Positions 1-9,857 of a stretch of 64,000 nucleotides of DNA are shown here, piece after piece. The notes beneath the pieces are model-generated. The model saw nothing but the letters and a program-made list of their open reading frames with translations. It was not told where the DNA came from and searched no databases. Position numbers and translations under genes: made by a program. This DNA comes from an uncultured Pseudomonadales bacterium (GTDB lineage: Bacteria > Patescibacteriota > Microgenomatia > UBA1400 > PJMF01). Where the stretch lies: the NCBI GenBank assembly GCA_964457085.1, contig CAYWDM010000003.1, positions 128,514 to 192,513 on the forward strand, read 5' to 3'. The number at the start of each line of letters is the position of its first letter. The first letter of the stretch is position 1.

Positions 1-839
1 CACCTCCACCAAATGATCCAAGTGAATATTCTGGGATTGTGATTTCAAAAATCATTCCAGTGTAGTAATCGAGTCCGCGTGCTAGGTTGGAACTGAATTG
101 TAGCCGGTCAGCCGGAACTCCAAGAGCTTGTGCAAGCTTGAGAATGTTTTGGAGATTTTCAGATGGTTTGGCGATCGCAAGGGCACTGAGTGCAGCTCTA
201 GCTGATTTTTCATCAAGTCCTTTGCTAATCAATTCCGAAACAACTTCGTCGACTGTTTGCTTGTCGAGCTTATCAATTGATTGGATAAGTGACATCACAC
301 TCACTTTTTCGGTAGCAAATGGGGTGAGTGTGGAGAATAGAACTTGGCGGTCATTAACTTTTAAAATAACAGTGGTGAAACCAACTTCTTGGAAGCTAGC
401 ATAGGCACAGGCTAAGATTTCTGCGTCTGCGATCGCATCAGTTGAGCCGAGCACGTCAATGTCACACTGGGTAAATTCACGGAATCGACCCTTTTGAGGT
501 TTATCAGCTCGGAAAACATTTTGAATCTGGTAACGTCGAAAGTATTTTGGCAAATCGCTTTGATATTGTGCCAGCACTCTTGCAGTAGGAACTGTTTGAT
601 CGTAGCGTAACCCAACTTGACGGTCGCCTTTATCACTGAAGGTATACACTAATTTGTCTGCCTCAGCTCCGTATTTGCCTAGAAGTAGCGAGGCATATTC
701 AAGTGTTGGGGTTTCGAGTGGCTCGAAACCAAATCGCCGAAAAGTTGATTTAATTTTTTCAGAGAGCAAATCTCGAAGTCGTTTTTCAGCTGGCAGGAAG
801 TCGCGAAAGCCCTTAAGTGTTTGTAAATTAGTTGCCATA
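1..839 (-). CDS. hisS: Histidyl-tRNA synthetase, N-terminal about 279 aa; the 3' end of the gene runs off the window start
   Basis: Reverse-complement translation from the ATG at 839-837 reads MATNLQTLKGFRDFLPAEK... and contains the class II motif 2 region RFREFTQCDIDVLG. It is open to the window edge. The six-frame track lists no complete ORF here because there is no stop inside the window. Confidence 0.85.
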
Positions 840-933
840 TAAGCCTTTATTTTGCAGTTTTGTCTTGACTGTATTATGCCATTAAATGGTATAAAATAGG
901 GAACCGAGTCGGCTCGACTAGCCGGCAAAAAAT

Positions 934-1004
934 GGGCTAATAGTATAACGGTAGTACGCAGCATTCGCATTGCTGATGTCCGGGTTCAATTCCCGGTTGG
1001 TCCA
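934..1004 (+). tRNA. tRNA-Ala (anticodon CGC)
   Basis: Cloverleaf found by eye: 7-bp acceptor stem GGGCTAA/TTGGTCC with a G3:U70 pair (the Ala identity element). Anticodon stem CAGCA/TGCTG with loop TTCGCAT gives anticodon CGC. T-arm CCGGG-TTCAATT-CCCGG. Discriminator A; CCA not encoded. Confidence 0.7.
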
Positions 1005-1036
1005 CAAATAAACAATAGTTGTTACAATCATTTTTT

Positions 1037-1657
1037 ATGACTTCAAAAACCCCAGTTCGTTTTATTTATTTTGATGTTGGTGGCGTGCTATTGGCTTTTT
1101 ATCACATTCGTTTTGACATGCCAAAAGAGTGGGGAATTGATCCAAACGAATATGCTGAAGTTTTGACAGCAATTGAACCTGACCGAGCAACTGGCAAGAT
1201 TACTGATGCAGATGCAGAGCGGATACTGACTGCAAAATTTGGTGACAAAATTCCTAAAGGGTATTTGGCAAGTGCTCAATTTGTGGAGCGATTTCGGCCC
1301 ATTAAGCCAATGCATGACATGGTTGTACAGTTGAGTAAAAAATATCGAATTGGTTTACTCACTAATGTCAGCGAGCAGGTCTGGAATCGGGGACATGGAG
1401 ACTTTGCACATATTTACCCAGCGGTAGAGTTTGACCAGATCGTTGCCTCATATCGAGAAAAAGTGGCCAAACCTGACCCAGAAATTTATCGACGGGCAAT
1501 CGAAAGAACTGGCTTGCCAGCCAATCAGATTTGCTTTGTGGATGATTTGCAAGAAAATCTAGATGTTGCAGCACAATTGGGGATGGTGACGGTACTCTCC
1601 GTGCCCGACGATATCGCAATCACTGTCAATCAACTTCAAGAAATGTTTCTTGACTAA
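1037..1657 (+). CDS. HAD-superfamily hydrolase (subfamily IA-like)
   Basis: N-terminal FDVGGVL (DxG-type nucleophile motif), a LLTN region, KPDPEIY and FVDD motifs. The track ORF 1019 begins at a TTG; the first ATG is at 1037. Confidence 0.75.
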   Translation: MTSKTPVRFIYFDVGGVLLAFYHIRFDMPKEWGIDPNEYAEVLTAIEPDRATGKITDADAERILTAKFGDKIPKGYLASAQFVERFRPIKPMHDMVVQLSKKYRIGLLTNVSEQVWNRGHGDFAHIYPAVEFDQIVASYREKVAKPDPEIYRRAIERTGLPANQICFVDDLQENLDVAAQLGMVTVLSVPDDIAITVNQLQEMFLD

Positions 1658-1685
1658 GTGCTGTAAATTGTGAGCAAAATGCTTA

Positions 1686-2204
1686 CTATAACTCCAGCAC
1701 CCATTCCAGTTCATCATCATATTCACCTTGCCATTTAACACTTTTTGGTCGTCGACCCCAGTTTTTGAAACCAAGTGCCTGGTAAAAAGCTGCACCTTGA
1801 ATATTCTTTGCATTACAACCGACGAAAAGTTGCTCGATTACGGTCTGTGCTCGCAATAATTCAGTCGCATAGGTAATCAGTTGCTGGGCTAGTTTTTGAC
1901 GCCTGAAATCCTTGGCAATATATAAATTATAGAGAAAAGCTAAGTGATGTTGCTTTGGTAAGTATGAGCCGCCGAGTTGGATGTACCCAACTAACTGCTG
2001 GTCAATAAATACACCATGGTAGCCAAAAACAGGGGGATATACGGCAGCTTTAAGTTCATACTCATAAGAAATCAAGCTTTTTTTCTGCTCAGTTGCTACT
2101 GTAGATAAAAAACTTTCAGGATTGACCGTCAAAGCTTCAAGTCTTAGTGTTTGGTAGTGTTTAGCATCAGAAGTATCGAGTTGTCTGAAGGTGATGTTAC
2201 TCAT
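1686..2204 (-). CDS. GNAT-family N-acetyltransferase
   Basis: 172-aa ORF with an acetyl-CoA-binding-like segment (QLGGSYLPKQHHLAFLYNLYIAKDFRRQKLAQQL...). Its start overlaps the stop of the upstream peptidase gene by 4 bp. Confidence 0.7.
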   Translation of the reverse strand: MSNITFRQLDTSDAKHYQTLRLEALTVNPESFLSTVATEQKKSLISYEYELKAAVYPPVFGYHGVFIDQQLVGYIQLGGSYLPKQHHLAFLYNLYIAKDFRRQKLAQQLITYATELLRAQTVIEQLFVGCNAKNIQGAAFYQALGFKNWGRRPKSVKWQGEYDDELEWVLEL

Positions 2205-3298
2205 GTTTTTTGTTCTGTGGTAATCAGTAGCCCATTTGCAGTAACTAGTACAGTATTTTCAAAACGATAACCAAACTCTCCAGTGAGATACACACCTGGC
2301 TCGATGGTTATCGTCATTCCAGGCAGTAACGGTTGATAGTTTCGACTTGATACAGATGGTGGCTCATGAATTTCGAGACCCAACCCATGTCCGGTGGTAT
2401 GGATAAATTTTTCGCCAAATCCGGATTGTGAAATACTAGTGCGCACCGCCTGATCAATGTTTGAGGCAGTGAGTGGTTTTGTTTTGAGATCAAGTTCACT
2501 GAGAAGGGTGATTCCTGCTGTATATGCTTTTTGTACCGCAGTTGCTACAGTTTGAAACTGTTCACTGGGTAGATTGCCATGCCACCAAGTGCGAGTGAAG
2601 TCTGAGCAATAAGACTGCAGTTTAGCTCCGAAGTCAAGTAAAATCGTTGTTTCAGCTTCAAGTATTTGATCTGTGGGTTGATGATGGGGTAATGCTGAAT
2701 TGCTGCCAAAGGCAACAATCGTTGGGAAGGCTGGAGTCGCACCTGCTGCTCGCAGTGTTTGGTCGAGCAGGTTAGCTACCTCAATCTCAGTCATACCTGT
2801 TTTAATTTGATTTTTAATATTAGTAAAAGTGGCTGTGGTGATAGTGCTAGCAGCAATAATACATTGCTGCTCGAGTTCATCTTTGATTGAGCGTTGCTCC
2901 CAAATTACTTTTCGATCCAGATCAATACTGAATAATTTGGTGGCGTCTGCGAAGAGCAGACGGTGCTCTTGCACCGAAAGGTCGCTACCATCGATCGCTA
3001 CATTTGTTAGTTCCTGAAGTTTGATCCAGGCTAACACATCTAGTATGCCGTTCATTGGTTGTGCAGCACAGGGAACCGATGTGGGTAATGGTGAAAAACT
3101 AGCATACCAAAGCATTACTCTCTCTGGTGTTACCATTAGAAAAGCCTCGCGTTCTTCGGCCAGCAAAAAGCCAAATCCAGTGTAGTAAAAAATATCTGAG
3201 GGTCTGGAAATCAACCAATTGGGGCAATCTTGTGTCGAGAGCAAAGATTGAAGGGCAGTAAGGCGGTGAGAGCAAACAGTAGCGGCAACTGTTGGCAT
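2201..3298 (-). CDS. M24-family Xaa-Pro aminopeptidase/dipeptidase
   Basis: 365 aa with the pita-bread metal-binding motifs HGLGLEIHEPP and the EPG..., TVLVT C-terminus. Confidence 0.8.
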   Translation of the reverse strand: MPTVAATVCSHRLTALQSLLSTQDCPNWLISRPSDIFYYTGFGFLLAEEREAFLMVTPERVMLWYASFSPLPTSVPCAAQPMNGILDVLAWIKLQELTNVAIDGSDLSVQEHRLLFADATKLFSIDLDRKVIWEQRSIKDELEQQCIIAASTITTATFTNIKNQIKTGMTEIEVANLLDQTLRAAGATPAFPTIVAFGSNSALPHHQPTDQILEAETTILLDFGAKLQSYCSDFTRTWWHGNLPSEQFQTVATAVQKAYTAGITLLSELDLKTKPLTASNIDQAVRTSISQSGFGEKFIHTTGHGLGLEIHEPPSVSSRNYQPLLPGMTITIEPGVYLTGEFGYRFENTVLVTANGLLITTEQKT

Positions 3299-3301
3299 AT
3301 A

Positions 3302-4117
3302 TTAGTTTTTAGTTGCTTTGCTTGTCGGCTCGATTTTAGTAAATGGTGCTAGTGCTTTTAGCTCTAGTACTCTTGAGTTATCTTCGCCCTGAATGGCGAT
3401 CAACAGAACTTGCACATTGGCTGAAAAATTACTGCTTGTTACTTTTTGATTAGTGGAGTCGAAAAATTGTGTATTCTTATCTAGTATCAAAACACTTTCT
3501 TCACCACTTTTACGCGATTTAAATGTAAGACTTGCTTTCTTAATGTCTACTATAGTGCCCAGTTGAACAATACTAGTTTTAGGGCGAGGTGAGGTTGCAA
3601 GAAACTCGACCGATTCAGCGATGAATGCGTCATCTTTGGTAGCTCCAACAACAACTGTCCAATCACCGACCGAGACTTTGTCAGCAGTGATGGCTTTGCC
3701 TGCTTTAAACATTTCAACACCTTGGTCAACAGGGATAACTTGAGTACCAGATTTGGTGCGAAGTGTGATTGCACCCTCACGAATATTCTTTATTTCACCA
3801 ATAAATCCTCGACGACGACTGCCAATTTCTTGCAGTCTAGCTTTAACCTTTTCTTTGTTTTGCTCAACAACTTTGTCAATCATTTTTTTAAGATTTTGGT
3901 TGACAGTTGCGGTTTTGTTGTTGTCTAGTTCGTCTGGGACTGGTGTTGTCGTAGGTGTAATTTTGGTTGTAGCCGATTTAGTTGGGGTAGGAGTGATCTT
4001 AGGAGTAACGGTTTTTGTCGGCGTAATGGTAACTGCACTTGCCGTTGCTGTGCTCAAAATAAGTATCAGCGAGGCAAATGCCAATGTAAGAATGCGTTTT
4101 GGTTGGTTATTATTCAT
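3302..4117 (-). CDS. Secreted hypothetical protein with Thr/Pro-rich linker
   Basis: N-terminal signal peptide (LTLAFASLILILSTATASA), then TPTKTVTPKITPTPTKS repeats, then a globular domain. Its start is 2 nt from the stop of the upstream gene. Confidence 0.55.
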   Translation of the reverse strand: MNNNQPKRILTLAFASLILILSTATASAVTITPTKTVTPKITPTPTKSATTKITPTTTPVPDELDNNKTATVNQNLKKMIDKVVEQNKEKVKARLQEIGSRRRGFIGEIKNIREGAITLRTKSGTQVIPVDQGVEMFKAGKAITADKVSVGDWTVVVGATKDDAFIAESVEFLATSPRPKTSIVQLGTIVDIKKASLTFKSRKSGEESVLILDKNTQFFDSTNQKVTSSNFSANVQVLLIAIQGEDNSRVLELKALAPFTKIEPTSKATKN

Positions 4118-4119
4118 AA

Positions 4120-4674
4120 TTATGGTTTGTTGGTCGGTGTTGGGGTAGGTACTTTAGTTGATTTTTTAGTTGGGGTAGGAGTGATCTTTGAGTTTTTACT
4201 CGGAGTAGGAGTGGCAGTTTCAGCTGAATCTGAAGCTTCAATAGTTTTTTCACTTTCAGGTCTAACAATGACAGTTCGCTCTTCTACAGTAGTATCTCCA
4301 TTCTCGTCTAAGGCAGTAATGATAATAATGTGAGGACCTTCAGATAGTTTGATTGATTTATCAAATTTATTTGTAGTTGTATCAACTTCAAGTATTGATG
4401 GTGTGTCGTCAACGAAGACGACTATGAAATTGCCCGCATTGACGCTACCACTGATCTTGATGTCACCTGACTCTATTACTAATTCATCTTCTGGTGAGGT
4501 GACAACTAGTTTGCTACTCGTAGATTCCTCAGCACTTGAAGTGGCTTGAGCAATCTCGTCTTTTTTGGTGACGTTTTCCTCAGTCGTAGCGATTTTGGCA
4601 CTGTAAAATCCATAGGTAATTACGAGTCCCAATATCAGACCGATTAAAATAGAGATAATGATCTCTTTACGCAT
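4120..4674 (-). CDS. Membrane-anchored surface protein with C-terminal TPTPTK repeats
   Basis: N-terminal TM helix (IIISILIGLILGLVITYGF), an acidic extracytoplasmic domain, and a C-terminal TPTPSKNSKITPTPTKKSTKVPTPTPT tail. It shares an approximately 17-bp DNA repeat (GGGGTAGGAGTGATCTT) with the next gene. Confidence 0.55.
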   Translation of the reverse strand: MRKEIIISILIGLILGLVITYGFYSAKIATTEENVTKKDEIAQATSSAEESTSSKLVVTSPEDELVIESGDIKISGSVNAGNFIVVFVDDTPSILEVDTTTNKFDKSIKLSEGPHIIIITALDENGDTTVEERTVIVRPESEKTIEASDSAETATPTPSKNSKITPTPTKKSTKVPTPTPTNKP

Positions 4675-4709
4675 AATGCTATTATAAGGTATAACGCTTC
4701 GGAGGATCT

Positions 4710-5369
4710 ATGATTATAACCTATCACGGCCATTCATGTTTTAAACTCAAAGGAAAGAGGGGCACAGTTGTCACCGATCCATTTGATAGCTATGTAGGCT
4801 TTAGTCTACCAGCCATGAATGCTGACATCATTACCGTATCTCATCAGCATAAAGATCACAATGCAATTGGCAAGGTTAAAGGCACTGATGCACATAGCTC
4901 ACCTTTTATCATTGATGCACCAGGTGAATATGAAGTCGGTGGCATCTCAGTTTTTGGCGATCGTTTTTATCATGACAATAGTAAAGGTGTGGAGAGAGGC
5001 GAAAGTATTGCTTTCACCATTTTGCTGGATGATTTAAAAATCTGTCACTTGGGTGATCTTGGTCATCAACTCAGTGATGATCAGGTCGCACGAATTGGTG
5101 TGGTTGATGTGTTATTTGTACCAGTTGGTGGCACTTTCACTCTCAACCCTGAACAAGCGATGCAGGTGGTTAGAACCATTGACCCAAGTATTGTGATTCC
5201 AATGCACTATCGATTACCAGAACATGATGAAAAAGTCTTTGGCGATCTCAAGACACTCGAGGATTTTGCTAAGGAGTATGGTGCCAATCCAGTTCCTGAA
5301 GCTAAATTACTGGTTGAAAAAGAACGATTGCCAGAAGAAATGCAGTTGTCAATTTTGAGTCGAATTTAA
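4710..5369 (+). CDS. Metallo-beta-lactamase-fold hydrolase (UPF0173-like)
   Basis: HQHKDH metal-binding motif, later H and D ligands, 219 aa. A GGAGG Shine-Dalgarno sits upstream. Confidence 0.75.
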   Translation: MIITYHGHSCFKLKGKRGTVVTDPFDSYVGFSLPAMNADIITVSHQHKDHNAIGKVKGTDAHSSPFIIDAPGEYEVGGISVFGDRFYHDNSKGVERGESIAFTILLDDLKICHLGDLGHQLSDDQVARIGVVDVLFVPVGGTFTLNPEQAMQVVRTIDPSIVIPMHYRLPEHDEKVFGDLKTLEDFAKEYGANPVPEAKLLVEKERLPEEMQLSILSRI

Positions 5370-5389
5370 TTAACAGGCCTCAATTTATC

Positions 5390-6706
5390 ATGAGCGAACA
5401 CTACAACCCAAAACTACCTCCGCATGACATGGACGCGGAGCGTAGTGTGTTAGCTGCGGCTCTGATTGATCCTGAAGCCATGATCAAGGCGACTGAATTA
5501 TTGCGGCCAGAGAGTTTTTACGCACGAGCCCATCAAGAGATTTTCGAGGCAATGACTATTCTCTTTGAACAGCGTGAGCCAATAGATGTGGTGACTTTGA
5601 CAAATCAGTTGAAAAAGATGAAGAAACTGTCTGTAGTTGGTGGTGCAAGTGCACTGTCACAGCTCTCGACAATTGTTTCAACCTCAGCAAATGTTGGCCA
5701 CTACGCAGGCTTGGTTCGAGAATATTTTGTCAAAAGACAGCTGATTAGTTTGTCAGCTGAGATGAGTGACATGGCATTTGATGATGGTAAGAATATTAAA
5801 GATGTTTTGGACTTGGCAGAGCAGAAAGTGTTGGGGATTTCTCAGTTACACAACACCAAAGCCTTTATTCCAATTAAAAATACCTTGGTAGAGAGCTTTG
5901 ACCGTCTTGATGAGTTGCAGCGTTCTGGAAGTGATTTACGTGGTGTGCCCACTGGATTTCAAGATGTCGACGCAATGTTGGCAGGATTGCAGAAATCTAA
6001 TTTAATTATTTTGGCTGCACGTCCAGGTATGGGAAAGACTGCATTTGCAATTAACATCGCACAAAATGTGGCGGTGTTGGCAAAGAAGAAAGTTGGCGTA
6101 TTTTCACTAGAAATGAGTAGAGAAGAGTTGGTTGACCGGTTGTTGGTGGCACAGGCAGATATTGATGCTTGGAAACTTAAAACTGGCCGACTCGATCAAC
6201 AAGACTTTTTGAAACTTTCGGATGCGATGGGGGTTTTGGCAGAGGCACAGTTATTTATTGACGATACTCCAGGATTATCTATCTACGACATGCGAACTAA
6301 AGCTCGCCGGTTGATGACAGAGCAACACATTGATTTGCTGATAGTTGACTATTTGCAGTTAGCTCAAGGCAAAACAAAAGACAATCGTGTGCAGGAAGTG
6401 GCAGAGATTTCTCAGGGTTTGAAAAACATTGCTCGTGAGTTGAAGATTCCGGTAATTGCCTTGTCTCAGCTCTCTCGTGCCATTGAACAGCGTGGCGAAA
6501 AATCGCCGCAGCTATCAGATCTTCGTGAGTCAGGTTCTATTGAACAGGATGCTGACGTAGTGATGTTCTTATATCGTAAAGATGATGACATTCGTGAAGC
6601 AGTCTCACTTAAGATTGCTAAACACCGTAATGGGGCACTTGGTGAAGTTGAGCTCTATTTCCGTGGTGATCGCGTACGTTTCTACGGTATGGAAAAGAGA
6701 CTATAA
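5390..6706 (+). CDS. dnaB: Replicative DNA helicase DnaB
   Basis: 438 aa. The N-terminal domain starts near ERSVLAAAL. Walker A ARPGMGKTAF, with the DnaB H2-H4 motifs (LIVDYLQL, SQLSR). Confidence 0.95.
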   Translation: MSEHYNPKLPPHDMDAERSVLAAALIDPEAMIKATELLRPESFYARAHQEIFEAMTILFEQREPIDVVTLTNQLKKMKKLSVVGGASALSQLSTIVSTSANVGHYAGLVREYFVKRQLISLSAEMSDMAFDDGKNIKDVLDLAEQKVLGISQLHNTKAFIPIKNTLVESFDRLDELQRSGSDLRGVPTGFQDVDAMLAGLQKSNLIILAARPGMGKTAFAINIAQNVAVLAKKKVGVFSLEMSREELVDRLLVAQADIDAWKLKTGRLDQQDFLKLSDAMGVLAEAQLFIDDTPGLSIYDMRTKARRLMTEQHIDLLIVDYLQLAQGKTKDNRVQEVAEISQGLKNIARELKIPVIALSQLSRAIEQRGEKSPQLSDLRESGSIEQDADVVMFLYRKDDDIREAVSLKIAKHRNGALGEVELYFRGDRVRFYGMEKRL

Positions 6707-6744
6707 GGTGGGTGTTTACTAAGCCGTGATATTTTTTTGACAAG

Positions 6745-6981
6745 TTAACTTTTTGGCATGTAGCCAAAAAGTAAGTAAATGAGACCTCCAGTAACTACGG
6801 TGAACATCAGAAAAAAGCCTAAGTTTGCCTTCAATTTAAGTGAAGAGGTCTCGGCATCTGGGTTATCCATGCTGACGATAATCACCACAGAGATCACTAA
6901 CCAGATTATGCCTCGGACCACAACTGACCAAATACTGTCCACAGCAAATGCTTTAATAATAAGCTCACGCAGAATTTCCAT
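6745..6981 (-). CDS. Small two-TM membrane protein (hypothetical)
   Basis: 78 aa with two hydrophobic helices. It is more protein-like than the overlapping plus-strand ORF. Confidence 0.35.
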   Translation of the reverse strand: MEILRELIIKAFAVDSIWSVVVRGIIWLVISVVIIVSMDNPDAETSSLKLKANLGFFLMFTVVTGGLIYLLFGYMPKS

Positions 6982-7162
6982 GATGTCTTACTATGCCGAA
7001 ATTTAGTTGAAAACGCAAGCAACCACCCTTGTGTAGCGGTGATGCAACTATGATGTATTGGGTCAAACTATAGTAAGTAAATGACAACAGTATTCTTTTC
7101 ATTGTTGCAGAGTGTTGAGGTGGTATTAGCAATAGTTTTGCGTTAGAATACCAATCGTGTCA

Positions 7163-7248
7163 GCCGCGGTGGCGGAATTGGTAGACGCGTAGGTCTCAAA
7201 AACCTATGAGACTTAAATCTCGTGTGGGTTCGATTCCCACCCGCGGCA
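7163..7248 (+). tRNA. tRNA-Leu (anticodon CAA)
   Basis: Acceptor stem GCCGCGG/CCGCGGC, D-arm, anticodon stem TAGGT/ACCTA with loop CTCAAAA giving anticodon CAA. The long variable arm is typical of Leu. T-arm GGGTTCGATTCCC. Discriminator A. Confidence 0.8.
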
Positions 7249-7373
7249 CACTTCGGACTTTTGTCTACCAAAAAACTATTTCAGATTTTTTTCAAGCGAA
7301 TGGCTTCATATCTCATGGAGTTGCTGCCGTTGTCCAGTGACAAGCCCCTGTGTAATGTGTTACCACTAAAGTA

Positions 7374-8876
7374 ATGTCCAATTCATTGGCACAAAAACAG
7401 GTGGTCGTGATCGGAGCTGGTGTCGGAGGTTTGGCAACAGCAGCATTGTTGGCGAAACAAGGGGCGAGAGTCTTGGTATTTGAGAAAAACTCCAGTTTAG
7501 GTGGCAGAGTTAGTGTGACTAAGTCACAAGGCTTTACTTTTGAGATGGGTCCCTCATGGTATTTATTACCAAGCATTCTGGAGGATTTTTTTACTCAATT
7601 TGGCCATAAATCGAGCGATTTCTATCGTCTTGCTCGACTAAAAGAGCGAGCACAGATCTTTTTTGATGACCAAAGTTTTATTGTGCCACAGGCTCAGAAT
7701 GACTTAGAATCATTGTTTGAGAATTGGGAACAAAACGGCGGGGTAAAGTTGAGACAGTTGCTTGGAAAATCTGCAAGAATGCTGCAGATTTTGAAAAAAA
7801 GTATTTTTCAAAGCACATTTGATCAAAGAACTGATTACTTCAAACTTGAAACTGCAAAAGCATTATGGCAATTACAGCTGATTACCAATCAATTTCAGAC
7901 ATGGTCTCAGCTTGTAAACTCGCATTTTAGTTCAGCACAGTCACGCCAACTACTCAATCAGTTATTTTTACCAATTGGAAAGAGCTCCCAGGAAATCCCA
8001 GTGATGTATGGGGCATTATTGGCAGCCCAGTTTCGTGAGTTGCAGCTATATCCAATGGGAGGATTCGGTGAAGTAATTAGGGGTATAGCACAAGTTGGTT
8101 GGGAACAAGGAGTTGCAACCCAGACAGGCGAGGTAGAACAAATCGTGGTTAAGAACGATTGTGTGAGTGGTGTTACTGTCGGCGGAGAATTTGTTCCAGC
8201 TGACGTGGTAGTGGCAAATACAGACTTTGGATATTTACAGTCAGAATTATTGCCAAGTGGCTGGAGAGACGAACGGTTTTCTGATTGGCAATCAAAAAAA
8301 CATACACAAAGTGTAATTCAGATTTGCTTAGGATTGAAAAAGAAATTGCCGCTACTGAAACACCATAATTTTTTCATTACAGATAGTCGACAGACAAATA
8401 TACTCTGGGGAGATATAAATCTGGAAACATCAGCAACCATGTATTGTGTGGTACCAAGTCAATCTGACTGGCAAGTTGCACCAACAGGGGGAGAAAATCT
8501 TCGCATCATCTTGCCAATTTCATCGCAGATTTCCGATACGGCTGCACTGCGCCAAAAAATTGCCACTCAAGTGATTCAACAGTTTGAAAAGAAACTACAG
8601 ACGACCATATCTGATTCAATAGCATATATCCGAGTTGTGGCCAACCAACAATCAACAGTTCAATTCAACTCGACACCAGCATCAATGGGCGGTCTAGCAC
8701 TGACATTTGATCAAATGCTGTGGAAACGACCGTCACAGTCAAGTAAGTTGAGAGGATTATTTACCGTTGGTCACTCACTGCATCCCGGAGCTGGCATTCC
8801 TTTAGTGTTGAGTGGGGCTAGTCAGTGTGCCACAAAGGTAATCGCCGATTTGAATTTGAGAAGCGAGAGAAATTGA
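7374..8876 (+). CDS. FAD/NAD(P)-binding oxidoreductase (phytoene desaturase / amine oxidase family)
   Basis: N-terminal Rossmann dinucleotide-binding motif VVVIGAGVGGLATAALLAKQGARVLVFEKNSSLGGR. 500 aa. Confidence 0.7.
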   Translation: MSNSLAQKQVVVIGAGVGGLATAALLAKQGARVLVFEKNSSLGGRVSVTKSQGFTFEMGPSWYLLPSILEDFFTQFGHKSSDFYRLARLKERAQIFFDDQSFIVPQAQNDLESLFENWEQNGGVKLRQLLGKSARMLQILKKSIFQSTFDQRTDYFKLETAKALWQLQLITNQFQTWSQLVNSHFSSAQSRQLLNQLFLPIGKSSQEIPVMYGALLAAQFRELQLYPMGGFGEVIRGIAQVGWEQGVATQTGEVEQIVVKNDCVSGVTVGGEFVPADVVVANTDFGYLQSELLPSGWRDERFSDWQSKKHTQSVIQICLGLKKKLPLLKHHNFFITDSRQTNILWGDINLETSATMYCVVPSQSDWQVAPTGGENLRIILPISSQISDTAALRQKIATQVIQQFEKKLQTTISDSIAYIRVVANQQSTVQFNSTPASMGGLALTFDQMLWKRPSQSSKLRGLFTVGHSLHPGAGIPLVLSGASQCATKVIADLNLRSERN

Positions 8877-9071
8877 TAGTTATAAGATTTTCTTATCTGG
8901 AGATTTTAAAAAATTACACTTTGCGAAAATATAACAAAAGGTATCATTGCATATAAGAATTATGTTGAGCAAACACTGTCACCTGTAATATAACTGAGTT
9001 TTATTGGTAGAGTAGGCAACTGCAAAAAAACAAAAACAGTTAAGTTGTCTGAAAATGATAAGATAAGCAAT

Positions 9072-9857
9072 ATGTGGCCAACTTTATTTACCATCGGGCA
9101 TTTTAGTTTACAAACGAGTAGCTTGTTCTCAGTAATCGCTTTTGTACTCAGTGGCTTTATTTTTTGGCGTAAGAGTAGAGAAGAACACTATTCTGAGTCA
9201 CAGGCTTTCGATGGATTTTTGTTATCGGTGATTTTTGGTTTTATCATTGGTCGTTTGGGGTACATTGGTTTGCATTGGTCTTCTTTTGGTTGGGATTTCT
9301 TTAGATGGAGTAATTTTGTCGCATTTCCTGGGACTCAGTTTGTGATTGGAATGATCGCTTCTGGTTGGTATCTAGCAAGGTTTGCTGGTCAGAAAAAATG
9401 GGATACATATGAAGTGCTTGATTTTTGGGTGATTGCCAGTGCTTTGGGAGCAGCAATTAGATATTTGGGGAGTTTCTTTGAAGGGAGCATGTACGGTTTA
9501 CCCACAAACATGCCTTGGGGGTTTATTTTTACTCAAACGCAGGAAAAAGTACATCCAACGCAACTATATTTGAGCGTGATGATGTTTGTTTTATTCTATT
9601 ATTTGTCTCAAGTTGAATATCAATATCGGACCTTTGAGTGGTACCGATATGGTAAAAAAACCGCACAAACTGGTTTCTTATTGGCTTCGTTTATTTTATT
9701 TTATTCATTGATGGGAGTGGTGACTTCATTTGTCAGGTTGCCAGAGTTTGTGGTTTCGGGAGTTGCCTTAGATCTCTGGTTATATCTAATTGGTTCAATT
9801 GTTGGCGGTAGTATGCTCTGGGTTCGATCTGGTCGACAATTATTGTGGTGGAAATGA
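9072..9857 (+). CDS. lgt: Prolipoprotein diacylglyceryl transferase-like membrane protein
   Basis: Polytopic membrane protein with Lgt-like motifs (IGRLGY..., GLPTNMPWGFIF, HPTQLY). It sits immediately upstream of, and overlapping, lspA. The first ATG is at 9072; the track ORF starts at a TTG. Confidence 0.6.
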   Translation: MWPTLFTIGHFSLQTSSLFSVIAFVLSGFIFWRKSREEHYSESQAFDGFLLSVIFGFIIGRLGYIGLHWSSFGWDFFRWSNFVAFPGTQFVIGMIASGWYLARFAGQKKWDTYEVLDFWVIASALGAAIRYLGSFFEGSMYGLPTNMPWGFIFTQTQEKVHPTQLYLSVMMFVLFYYLSQVEYQYRTFEWYRYGKKTAQTGFLLASFILFYSLMGVVTSFVRLPEFVVSGVALDLWLYLIGSIVGGSMLWVRSGRQLLWWK

